Shown here: piece by piece, positions 8,099 through 16,315 of the stretch | Layout of the letters: the number at the start of each line of letters is the position of its first letter | Position numbering within the stretch: the stretch's first letter is position 1 | NCBI RefSeq assembly: GCF_008312885.1 | Contig: NZ_VSSO01000005.1 | Location: 140,767-164,766, forward strand | Source of the DNA: Lolliginicoccus suaedae | GTDB taxonomy: Bacteria > Actinomycetota > Actinomycetes > Mycobacteriales > Mycobacteriaceae | DNA: 24,000 nt | Direction of reading: 5' to 3' | Program-made: the position numbers and the translations under genes | The notes under the pieces: generated by a model | Told to the model about the DNA's origin: nothing | What the model saw: the letters and a program-made list of their open reading frames with translations, nothing else | Databases searched by the model: none

Positions 8099-8701
8099 CT
8101 AGTGGACCGGCTTGCGCCCCGCCAGGCCACGCCAGGCGAGGTCGGTCAGCAAGGTGACGGCTTCCTCGGGCTGCGCGGTTCCGTTGGCGATCAGGTCGGC
8201 CACTGCCTCGCCCGCCCCGATCAGCACGGTCGCCATGAGCCGGTACTGATCGTTGCTGCGCTCGTCGCGGCTGCTCGAGCGCAGGATCAGCCCGGTCAGC
8301 TCCACCGCGCGGTCGCGGCTGCTCAGCACGAGCTCGGCGAACTCGTTCTGGTACAGGGCCTGCCGGTAGAGCACCTTCCATGCCTTGCGGTTGTCATTGA
8401 CGAACCCGAGAAAGACCCGGATGCCATGCTCGAGCTGCTCGCGCGGGGTCAGGCTCGGATCGGCCGCCCCGGTGAGCGCATCGAGGAAGCGGGTGCTCTC
8501 GCGGCGGATGCACGCGGCGAACAGCTCGTCCTTCGACCCGTAGTACAGGTAGAGCATGGGCTTGGAGATCTCCGCCTCGGCGGCGATCGCGTTCATCGAG
8601 GCACCGTGGTAGCCGTGCTCGGCGAAGACGTCGATGGCAGCGTCGAGCATCTGCTGCTCGCGGATCGCCCGTGGCAATCGCTTGGACCGACCAGCCATCA
8701 T
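8099..8701 (-). CDS. TetR/AcrR family transcriptional regulator
   Basis: N-terminal HTH: LDAAIDVFAEHGYHGASMNAIAAEAEISKPMLYLYYGSKDELF. Candidate starts are GTG 8710, ATG 8701 and ATG 8698. GAGGG lies 2 and 5 nt upstream of the two ATGs. Confidence 0.9.
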   Translation of the reverse strand: MMAGRSKRLPRAIREQQMLDAAIDVFAEHGYHGASMNAIAAEAEISKPMLYLYYGSKDELFAACIRRESTRFLDALTGAADPSLTPREQLEHGIRVFLGFVNDNRKAWKVLYRQALYQNEFAELVLSSRDRAVELTGLILRSSSRDERSNDQYRLMATVLIGAGEAVADLIANGTAQPEEAVTLLTDLAWRGLAGRKPVH

Positions 8702-8715
8702 TACCCTCACCGTAG

Positions 8716-8737
8716 AAACTTACCCGCCGGTAAGTTT
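8716..8737. promoter_or_regulatory. Palindromic operator candidate immediately upstream of the TetR gene
   Basis: AAACTTACC-cgcc-GGTAAGTTT, with perfect 9-bp arms. It lies 6-19 nt upstream of the candidate TetR starts, in the 66-nt gap after the GH3 gene stop. On the minus strand the promoter-distal arm contains the -10-like hexamer TAAGTT. Confidence 0.6.
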
Positions 8738-8776
8738 ACGGGTCGGCGCACCAGCGCGCGACTCCGGCACGCGGGT

Positions 8777-9988
8777 TCAGCAGTCGATGAGCCCCTTGGC
8801 CTTGCCGATCCGCACGACCGAGGAATCGACCCGGCTCATCGGCAGCTCGCCGCTCGCGACGGCGGACTCGAGCCTGTCGAGCACATCGGTGACACGATCC
8901 GTGGAGATCCACAGGGCGATATCGGCGCCGGCCTGCAGCGAGCGCAGCACGGATTCCGTGATGTCGAACAGATCGGTGACCGCCCGCATGCTGCCGAGAT
9001 CGTCGGTGAAGATGAGCCCATCGAAGGGCGCGGCACCGTAGCCGACGCCGGTGCGGAGGAGGTTCATCGTGGCGGGGCTGAGGCTCGCGGGCGTGCCCGG
9101 CTCCGTGAGCCCGGGAACGGTGAGATGACCGACCATCACTGCCGCCCCGGTACCGATGAGCGAGCGGAACGGGACGAGGTCATGGCCCAGCAGTTCCGGC
9201 AGGGGCGGAGTGGTCACGCCCTCGAGGTGCGAGTCGCCGGTGGCGCGCCCATGACCAGGAAAGTGCTTGAGCACGGGCAGCACCCCGGCGTCGCGCAGGC
9301 CGCGCGCGTAGGCGCCGGCATACTCGGTGACCACATCAGGCGTGGCTCCGAACGCGCGATCCCCGATGACAGCGTTGCCGGGCTGATCGGTGACGTCCAC
9401 GACGGGCGCGAAGTCCACGGTGATGCCGAGCCCGCGCAGCGCGGTGCCGCGCTCCCGGGCGATCTCGTAGACCTCCTCGGCGCTGCGGGTGCGGGCGAGC
9501 TCGCGCGCGGACGGGGAGGCGCCGATGACGTGCTTGGCGCGGCTGACCCGTCCGCCTTCCTCGTCGATGGTGACCATCACGGGGACCTCGGACTCGGCAG
9601 CCACGGCCGCAACGCGCCCGCTCGCCAGGAAGCTGGGGTCGGCCCAGCTGGTGACGAAGAATCCGCCGATCTGTTCCTGCTCGATCACCCGGCGGGCGTC
9701 GGCCTCGCCGGTGACGCCGACATTGAGCATCTGGGCGAGCTTCTGCCGCGTGGTGAAGCGGGCGAGGAACTCCTGCTCGCCGCACGGGAGCCCGAGGGAC
9801 CCGGTGCCCTGGGCCGGGGTGTGCGCGACCGGCGAGGTGACCGTGGTGAGAGCTTCGCTGCTATCCGCTCCTCCGTTGCCAGCGGTTTCGCTGCTGGTGC
9901 AGGCGACGAGGCCTGTCGCGGTGGCTGTGGCCAGCAGCAGCGCGGCGAGCCGCGCCGCGGTCCGGGTCTGCGTGAGCATCGCGCCCAT
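8777..9988 (-). CDS. lpqI: Glycoside hydrolase family 3 beta-N-acetylhexosaminidase lipoprotein (NagZ/LpqI-like)
   Basis: GH3 signature LKHFPGHGRATGDSHLE. Signal peptide with lipobox: AARLAALLLATATATGLVAC. The start is ATG 9988 or ATG 9979; the latter has better spacing from GAAGGG. It sits next to a TetR gene, as Rv0237/Rv0238 do (recollection). Confidence 0.9.
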   Translation of the reverse strand: MGAMLTQTRTAARLAALLLATATATGLVACTSSETAGNGGADSSEALTTVTSPVAHTPAQGTGSLGLPCGEQEFLARFTTRQKLAQMLNVGVTGEADARRVIEQEQIGGFFVTSWADPSFLASGRVAAVAAESEVPVMVTIDEEGGRVSRAKHVIGASPSARELARTRSAEEVYEIARERGTALRGLGITVDFAPVVDVTDQPGNAVIGDRAFGATPDVVTEYAGAYARGLRDAGVLPVLKHFPGHGRATGDSHLEGVTTPPLPELLGHDLVPFRSLIGTGAAVMVGHLTVPGLTEPGTPASLSPATMNLLRTGVGYGAAPFDGLIFTDDLGSMRAVTDLFDITESVLRSLQAGADIALWISTDRVTDVLDRLESAVASGELPMSRVDSSVVRIGKAKGLIDC

Positions 9989-10138
9989 CCCTTCATCGAC
10001 TGTGCAGGATCCTACTCAACCGCGGGCGCTGCCCGCGCCGACACGTCCAGCGCTTCCCGGGCGAACAAGATCGCCGCGCTGGCGCGGGTAGCGGAGTAGT
10101 CTTGTGACCACTGAGACTGATCGTTCCGGGAGGCAATC

Positions 10139-10618
10139 ATGGCATCGGGAGCTTCGGATCTGGTTCTCATCGCCTATGACGGCTCGGACAACGCCAAGCG
10201 CGCGATCCGGCACGCGGGCCACTTCCTCAGCGCGAGCCGCGCGATCATCGTCACCGCCTGGGAGCCGCTCTCCCGGCAGGCCGCTCGCATCTCCGGCCTC
10301 AGCGGCGTCATGCAGCCCGGCTGGGTGCCGGATACCGAGGCGGAGGACGCGGCCCTCGCGGACGCCCGGGTCGTCAACGAGGAAGGCGTGCGGCTCGCGG
10401 GCGAGGTCGGCCTGCGCTGCGAGGGCCACTGCATCGAGACCGTCACCACGGTATGGGCTGCCATCGTCGATGCGGCCGAGGAGTATGACGTCAGCATCCT
10501 GGTGACGGGCACCCGCGGCGCCACCGGCATCAGGGCGTTGCTGCACAGCAGTGTCGCTGACCAGGTGCTCAAGCATTGCCATCGTCCCGTGCTGATCGTG
10601 CCGCCGAGCGAGGGCTAG
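10139..10618 (+). CDS. Universal stress protein (UspA family, single domain)
   Basis: 159 aa. Motifs LVLIAYDGSDNAKRAI and ILVTGTRGATGIRALLHSSVADQVLKHCHRPVLIVP. GGGAGG lies 5 nt before the ATG. Confidence 0.85.
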   Translation: MASGASDLVLIAYDGSDNAKRAIRHAGHFLSASRAIIVTAWEPLSRQAARISGLSGVMQPGWVPDTEAEDAALADARVVNEEGVRLAGEVGLRCEGHCIETVTTVWAAIVDAAEEYDVSILVTGTRGATGIRALLHSSVADQVLKHCHRPVLIVPPSEG

Positions 10619-10698
10619 TCCCGCCCGCCGCGCGCGGGCGCGAATCCGCGCCTCCCCCGCCCTGCGGGTCGCCAGCACGGCCAGGAATACTCACAGGG

Positions 10699-11805
10699 AT
10701 GGATCGATCCGCTTTCGTGCTGTCCCGCCCCCACCGGTCCGTGATCGGCGAGGGCAGGCTCGGCGTGTTCGATCGTCCGGGGGACGCGCTGCGGGCGCTC
10801 GCGGACGGATCGGCCCCGGCCGTGGTGGGCGCGCTGCCGTTCGACCTCTCCGAGCCCTGCGCGCTGACCGTGCCAGCGAGGTTCGCCACCAAGGACGGCA
10901 GGTGGCACCCCGTCGCCGATGTACCCCCGCTGCCCGCCGTCGTGGGCGCGCGCGAGAAGCCCTCCGCGGCCGAGCATGTGCGCCGGATCGCGGCGCTGGT
11001 GGCGCGGATCGACAAGGGGGAGCTCGCGAAGGTCGTGGCGGCCCGGTCGGTGGAGGTGGAGTGCGCGGGGCGCATCGACCCCCGCGCCCTGCTCGCCGCG
11101 CTCGTCGGCCGCGATCATGCGGGCAACGGGTTCTGCGCGGACCTCTCCCCGGCTGGCCCGGGCATGGAGGATGCGTTCCTGGTGGGCTCGAGCCCGGAGT
11201 CCCTGGTGCGCCGCGACGGCCGATCGGTGTCGTGCTGGCCGCTAGCGGGCACCGCTCCCCGCTCCCCCGATCCAGTGGTCGATGCCCAGCGCGCCGAGGA
11301 GCTCGCGAGCTCGGCGAAGAACGTGCACGAGCATGGCTTCGTCGTGGAGTGGCTGCGCGAGCGCCTGGCACCGCTGTGCACCGGGCTGCGCGTGGAGCCA
11401 CGCCCGTCAGTGGTGGCGACGCCGCAGGTGTGGCACCTCGGGACCCGCATCGAGGGAACGTTGCGGGATCCGTCAACCTCGGCGCTGGATGTGGCGCTGC
11501 ACGTGCACCCCACCCCTGCGGTGGGTGGCACCCCGCACGAGGCTGCGCTCGCGGCGATCCGGGACTCCGAGGGCAGCCGGGGCTTCTATGCCGGGGCGGT
11601 CGGTTGGTGCGATGCGCAGGGCGACGGCGAGTGGATGGTGTCGATCCGGTGCGCGGAGCTGCGCGGGGACCGGGCGCGCGCGTTCGCCGGCGGTGGCATC
11701 GTCGCAGGCTCGGATCCGCGTGCCGAGCTCGACGAGACGAGCGCGAAGCTGCGGACGCTGCTCGGGGCGCTGGGCGTGCCTTCGGACATGCTGAAGGGCG
11801 TGTAG
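10699..11805 (+). CDS. Isochorismate synthase (MenF/EntC family)
   Basis: Chorismate-utilising motifs: GSSPESLVRR, HPTPAVGGTP, RGFYAGAVGW and FAGGGIVAGSDPRAELDETSAKL. I prefer ATG 10699 (MDRSAFVL...). The track start at 10576 overlaps the USP gene and adds an Arg/Pro-rich extension. Confidence 0.85.
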   Translation: MDRSAFVLSRPHRSVIGEGRLGVFDRPGDALRALADGSAPAVVGALPFDLSEPCALTVPARFATKDGRWHPVADVPPLPAVVGAREKPSAAEHVRRIAALVARIDKGELAKVVAARSVEVECAGRIDPRALLAALVGRDHAGNGFCADLSPAGPGMEDAFLVGSSPESLVRRDGRSVSCWPLAGTAPRSPDPVVDAQRAEELASSAKNVHEHGFVVEWLRERLAPLCTGLRVEPRPSVVATPQVWHLGTRIEGTLRDPSTSALDVALHVHPTPAVGGTPHEAALAAIRDSEGSRGFYAGAVGWCDAQGDGEWMVSIRCAELRGDRARAFAGGGIVAGSDPRAELDETSAKLRTLLGALGVPSDMLKGV

Positions 11806-11877
11806 CGTGCGGGAACGCGTCCAGGACCGCTATCCTGTTGCGGACTGCACCGCGCGCCCGATCCTAGGAGTGTTTCC

Positions 11878-12048
11878 ATGAAGTTCCTCGTCCCCGGGGC
11901 GATCGCCGCGCTGGCTGGTACCACCCTGGCGTTCGCGCTGGTGATCGTTGGGACTGGCCTGGCGGAGCAGAACACCCGCCCGGAGGTGGATCAGTCCGAG
12001 CAGGCGCAGTCGGCGTTGCTCAACCAGCCTGAGTACGGCAGCCGCTAG
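11878..12048 (+). CDS. Small secreted/membrane peptide, Rv0236A (DUF2613)-like, 56 aa; not in the supplied ORF track
   Basis: Hand translation: MKFLVPGAIAALAGTTLAFALVIVGTGLAEQNTRPEVDQSEQAQSALLNQPEYGSR, then TAG (12046-12048). AGGAG lies 7 nt before the ATG. It has an N-terminal hydrophobic helix and a C-terminal (E)YG(N/S)R-type ending, and it sits directly upstream of aftD, as Rv0236A does (recollection). Confidence 0.6.
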   Translation: MKFLVPGAIAALAGTTLAFALVIVGTGLAEQNTRPEVDQSEQAQSALLNQPEYGSR

Positions 12049-12106
12049 CGGCCGCGAGTTCTTGGCAGCCGGAGCCGATCCCGCGCCCGCCCGCACGGGG
12101 GACGCG

Positions 12107-15100
12107 GTGCCGGGCGCCTCGCGCCCGCTTCCCCGATGGGGATTGCTTGTCGTCGTCCTGGTCGCGCTCGTCGCGAGCTTGCTGCAGGCCCCGGGCCTGC
12201 TGGTCGCCGACACCAAGCTTGATCTGGTCGTAGACCCGCGCGGCTTCCTGGAGCGCGCGAGCCACCTGTGGTCGAGCCTCGCCCCGTTCGGGCAGACCCA
12301 GAACCAGGCCTACGGGTACTTCTTCCCGCAGGGCGCCTTCTTCGTCGCCACCGATGCCCTGGCGGTGCCAGCGTGGGTGGCCCAGCGGATCTGGTGGGCG
12401 ATCCTGTTCGCCGCGGGCTTCTGGGGCATCATCCGGGTCACCGAGGCGCTGGGCATCGGCACGCGTCCGTCCCGGATCATCGCCGCGGCCGCCTATGCGT
12501 GCTCGCCGCGCGTCCTGACCACGATCGGCGCGATCTCCTCGGAGACCACACCGATGATGCTCGCCCCGTGGGTGCTGCTGCCGGTGATCCTCGCGCTCGA
12601 CGGTCGGTCCCGGCGGCCCCTGTGGCAGCTCGCGGCAGCATCAGCGTTCGCGGTGGCCTGCATGGGCGCGATCAACGCGGTGGCCACGGCATTCGGCGCG
12701 GCGGTCGCGGTGGTGTGGTGGCTGGCGCATCGCCCGGACCGACGGTGGTGGCGCTTCACCGCATGGTGGGTGCCGCTGGGCATCGTCGCGACCGCGTGGT
12801 GGACGGTGCCGTTGCTGATGCTGGGCTCGGTCAGCCCTCCGTTCCTGGACTACATCGAGTCCGCGGGGACGACCACGCGGTGGACGTCGCTGGTGGAGGT
12901 GCTGCGGGGCACGGATAGCTGGACGCCGTTCATCTCCCCGGATCGCATGGCCGGGGCGATCCTCGTCACCCAGCCGGTCTCGGTGCTCGCCACCGGGCTG
13001 GTCGCGGCAGCCGGGCTCGCAGGCCTGGCGTTGCCCTCCCCCGCCCGTGGGCGCCTGGTGCTGGTGCTGGTCATCGGCCTGGTGGGCATCGGCGTGGGGT
13101 ACGCCGGCGCGTGGGGATCCCCGATCAGCGAGATCGCACGGACATTCCTCGATGGCGCAGGCGCACCGATGCGCAACGTGCACAAGCTGGAGCCGCTGAT
13201 CCGGCTGCCGCTCGCCGTCGGGCTGGCGGCGCTGCTCGCGCGGGCCCCGCTGCCGGGAGCGGTCCCGCGGCCAGTGTGGCGCCGCGCGATCGCCCACCCC
13301 GAGCGCGCGCCGATCATGGCGGTAGCGACCGCGGTGGTGCTTGCCGTGGCGGTCGCGACATCGCTGGTATGGACGGGCAAGCTCGCCCCGCGCGGCGCGC
13401 ACGGCGGCATCCCGGACTATTGGGCGCAGGCGGCGCAATGGCTCGCCAGCAACTCCGAGGGCCCTGAGACGGGCCTGCCGTCGCGCGCGCTGGTGGTCCC
13501 CGCCGCGCCGTTCGGCTCGCAAGTGTGGGGCCTGACCCGCGACGAGCCGCTGCAACCACTGGCCACCACGCCCTGGGGCAGCCGGGATATCGTTCCGCTG
13601 ATCCCGCCCGGCGGCATCCGCATGCTCGATTCCGTCCAGCGGCTGCTCGTCGCGGGCCAGCCCTCCGCAGGGCTGGCACCGATGCTCGCGGCACAAGGCA
13701 TCCGGCATGTGGTGCTGCGCAACGATATCGACCCCGTCACCGGGCAGTCGGTGTCGCCAGCGATCGCCCGCCAGACGCTGCTGGGTTCCCCGGGCCTGGT
13801 CGAGGCGGAGACCTTCGGCGGGCCTGTTGGACCGCGGCCGCCCGAGTCGGATGGCGGGGACGACGAGTCGATCACGGTGGCGAGCGCGGGGACGCGCCCG
13901 CGCTTCCCTGCCATCGAGATCTTCGAGGTCGTCACCGACCCCAGCTTCCCTGCTGGCGCGCGCACGATTCCGGTGGCCGATGTCCCGGTCGTGCAGGGCG
14001 GCCCGGAGGTCCTGCTGCGCCTGCATGAGCGCGCGCATCCGGACGAAGCCGTTCCCCATGTGCTCTCGCGGGACGCGCTCGCTGCGGGCCTGCCCGTGGG
14101 GCCAATCACCGTGACGGACACACCAGTGGCCCGGGAAGCTGACTTCGGGCGGGTCGATCACCAGCGCTCGCACGCGCTGAGCCGGGATGATCCGCGCCGC
14201 ACCCGCAACCGGGTCGCGGACTACGCCACCGAGGAGCCCCTCGTCCACGCTGTTCCTGTCGGCCCCAGCATCACGGTGTCGTCCTCGGCGGGCGATGCGA
14301 CGCAGATCGGCGCGGTGCAGCCAGGAGCGGGGCCCGCCGCGGCCGTGGATGGCAACGATTCAACGGCCTGGCTGTCGAACAGTGGCGAGGCCGCGGTGGG
14401 CCAGTGGCTCCAGCTGGATTTCGAGGATCCCATCGAGCAAGCCGTGCTGCGCATCACCACCAGCACGGCCGCGGCAGGGCCCGAGGTCCGCTTCCTCGAG
14501 GTCAGGACGGAGAACGGATCATCCACCGTGCATGTGCCCGAGGCCGGGGACGAAGTCGTGGCGGCGCTGCCGCTCGGATCGACGACCTGGGCGCGCATCA
14601 CCGCGCGGTCCACGGAGGACGGTTCCCTCGGTGGGCAGTTCGGCATCGCGGAGCTCTCGGTGGCCGCGGAAGGACGGGAGGTCGAGCTGGGGCGGGTCCT
14701 CGACGTTCCTCCCGCCCCGGCCGGGGCGACTGTCACGGCATGGGACCTCGGGCAGGAGCACCCGCAGCGGCTGCCCTGCCTCGATGGGCCCGTGCAGGCC
14801 ATCTGCCTGCCGTCCCTGGGCCGCGCCGCCGAGGAGCCAGGGGTGTTATCGCGGCGCATCACCACCGACGAGGAGATCGAAGCGAGCGCGCGCCTCTTCG
14901 TCCGGTCGCGGCAAAGCGGGGGCCTCGAGGAGCTGCTGACCGGTGAGGATGCACCGCGTGGCGTGGGGCCAACGAGCATCGGCGATACCCGGGGCAGCGC
15001 GTTCGCCGCGGCGGATGGCGACCCACGGACGGTGTGGTACGCGCCGGCCACCTCGAGCGTTGCCGCCCGCGATCTTCCCACGGTGACCGTGGAGCTGCCG

Positions 15101-16315
15101 GGCGAGCACGAGGTCACGGGCGTCGATGTGACGTTGCCGCGCGCGCGGGTGCCCGCCATGCCGACGGCGCTACGGGTGGATACCGGGGAATCGACGACCA
15201 CGGTGCAGGTCACCGCCGCGCAGCGGGAGCAAGGATCGGTTTCGATCACCGTTCCCGCGGTGACCACTGACCAGGTGGAGGTGACGATCCTCGACTGGCG
15301 CGAGACCCGCACCACCGAGCCTTTCGGGTTGTCGAGCACGGTTCCGCCCGGCATCGCGGATATCGCGGTGCGGAGCAGCGACGGCGTCATCGGGGCGCGC
15401 GACGAGGCACCGCGCGTGATCGAGATCGACTGCGAGGATGGGCCCCGGCTAGCGGTGGGCGAGGACACCGTGCGGTTCTCGGTGACGATGACGGAGGCCG
15501 AGGCCCGGGCAGGTTCCATGGTCGAGGCGATCCCGTGCGATTCCTCGGTGGTGCAGCTCGGGCCCGGGACCAGCATGGTGACCGTGGATCCGGGCGAGGT
15601 GCTTCAGGTCGACGGAGCCCGGCTGGAAATCCCCGCGGCGCCTGTCGGCGGCAGTGGATCGGCCATGCCGGTCGAGGCCACGGAATGGTCACCCGCGCAT
15701 CGTGTCGTCGAGGTCGATGCCGCGTCCGATGAGCTTCTGGTCATTCCGGAGAGCCGCAACACCGGGTGGGTGGCGCACGGGCCGGACGGGACGCGGCTGG
15801 ACCCGGTGACGATCAACGGGTGGCAGCAGGGCTGGGTCATCCCGGCAGGGACCACGGGCTCGGTGACGCTGTCGTATCCCTTGGACACCGGGTACCGACT
15901 CGCCCTGTTCGGCGGGCTCGCGCTCCTGGTTCCGCTCGGGTCCGTGCTGCTGCTGCGCCGCGAGGATGAGGGCACGGACGTTCCGCCGTCGCGCGCGTGG
16001 CGATCCCGCCGCCTCGCGATGCTCGGCGGCCTGGCTGCGGCCGCCCTGATCGCGGGAGTGCCCGGGGCAGTGCTGTACCTGCTGGTCGCGGCGTCAGCGT
16101 GGGGGATCTCCCGCCAGTGGGGCCCAGCGCGGGCGAGCCGCGGCCTAGCGATCGGGGCGGGCACCGCGATGGCCCTGTCCGCCGCGGTCCTGTCGACGGG
16201 GCCCTGGCGATCACCGAGCGGCTACCTGGGCGACGACGCCTCGACGCAGGCGCTCGCGCTCGTGGCTGTGGCGGCGGTGGTCATCGCCGCCTGGCCGACC
16301 AGGCGGGACCCGTAG
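12107..16315 (+). CDS. aftD: Alpha-(1->3)-arabinofuranosyltransferase AftD-like GT-C glycosyltransferase
   Basis: About 1400 aa. The first loop carries an N-terminal DTKLDLVVDP motif. This is followed by a polytopic GT-C region and a large soluble region with discoidin/F5-8-type-C-like segments (AAVDGNDSTAWLSN, AADGDPRTVWYAP). Hydrophobic helices close the C-terminus. For the start I prefer GTG 12107 (GGGGGA plus 4 nt). TTG 12062 is possible. The track ATG at 11948 overlaps the small ORF. Confidence 0.9.
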   Translation: MPGASRPLPRWGLLVVVLVALVASLLQAPGLLVADTKLDLVVDPRGFLERASHLWSSLAPFGQTQNQAYGYFFPQGAFFVATDALAVPAWVAQRIWWAILFAAGFWGIIRVTEALGIGTRPSRIIAAAAYACSPRVLTTIGAISSETTPMMLAPWVLLPVILALDGRSRRPLWQLAAASAFAVACMGAINAVATAFGAAVAVVWWLAHRPDRRWWRFTAWWVPLGIVATAWWTVPLLMLGSVSPPFLDYIESAGTTTRWTSLVEVLRGTDSWTPFISPDRMAGAILVTQPVSVLATGLVAAAGLAGLALPSPARGRLVLVLVIGLVGIGVGYAGAWGSPISEIARTFLDGAGAPMRNVHKLEPLIRLPLAVGLAALLARAPLPGAVPRPVWRRAIAHPERAPIMAVATAVVLAVAVATSLVWTGKLAPRGAHGGIPDYWAQAAQWLASNSEGPETGLPSRALVVPAAPFGSQVWGLTRDEPLQPLATTPWGSRDIVPLIPPGGIRMLDSVQRLLVAGQPSAGLAPMLAAQGIRHVVLRNDIDPVTGQSVSPAIARQTLLGSPGLVEAETFGGPVGPRPPESDGGDDESITVASAGTRPRFPAIEIFEVVTDPSFPAGARTIPVADVPVVQGGPEVLLRLHERAHPDEAVPHVLSRDALAAGLPVGPITVTDTPVAREADFGRVDHQRSHALSRDDPRRTRNRVADYATEEPLVHAVPVGPSITVSSSAGDATQIGAVQPGAGPAAAVDGNDSTAWLSNSGEAAVGQWLQLDFEDPIEQAVLRITTSTAAAGPEVRFLEVRTENGSSTVHVPEAGDEVVAALPLGSTTWARITARSTEDGSLGGQFGIAELSVAAEGREVELGRVLDVPPAPAGATVTAWDLGQEHPQRLPCLDGPVQAICLPSLGRAAEEPGVLSRRITTDEEIEASARLFVRSRQSGGLEELLTGEDAPRGVGPTSIGDTRGSAFAAADGDPRTVWYAPATSSVAARDLPTVTVELPGEHEVTGVDVTLPRARVPAMPTALRVDTGESTTTVQVTAAQREQGSVSITVPAVTTDQVEVTILDWRETRTTEPFGLSSTVPPGIADIAVRSSDGVIGARDEAPRVIEIDCEDGPRLAVGEDTVRFSVTMTEAEARAGSMVEAIPCDSSVVQLGPGTSMVTVDPGEVLQVDGARLEIPAAPVGGSGSAMPVEATEWSPAHRVVEVDAASDELLVIPESRNTGWVAHGPDGTRLDPVTINGWQQGWVIPAGTTGSVTLSYPLDTGYRLALFGGLALLVPLGSVLLLRREDEGTDVPPSRAWRSRRLAMLGGLAAAALIAGVPGAVLYLLVAASAWGISRQWGPARASRGLAIGAGTAMALSAAVLSTGPWRSPSGYLGDDASTQALALVAVAAVVIAAWPTRRDP

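Noticed and set aside
8042-10099. 685-aa ORF spanning the antisense of the TetR and GH3 genes
   Set aside because: It crosses two well-supported minus-strand genes and their intergenic operator. The composition is low-complexity Arg/Gly/Ala/Asp. It is a high-GC artefact.
11948-12106. ORF-track ATG start of aftD at 11948
   Set aside because: It would overlap, in another frame, the SD-preceded small ORF at 11878-12048, and it adds an Arg/Ser-rich extension. GTG 12107 has a GGGGGA SD and puts the DTKLDL loop at the expected distance from the N-terminus.
12641-15576. 535-aa (12641-14248) and 451-aa (14221-15576) ORFs antisense to aftD, plus several 100-250-aa ORFs in alternative frames
   Set aside because: The aftD frame has coherent TM and soluble-domain structure and family motifs. 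The antisense translations are Arg/Pro/Gly- or Ser/Thr/Ala-rich, with no motifs and no SDs.
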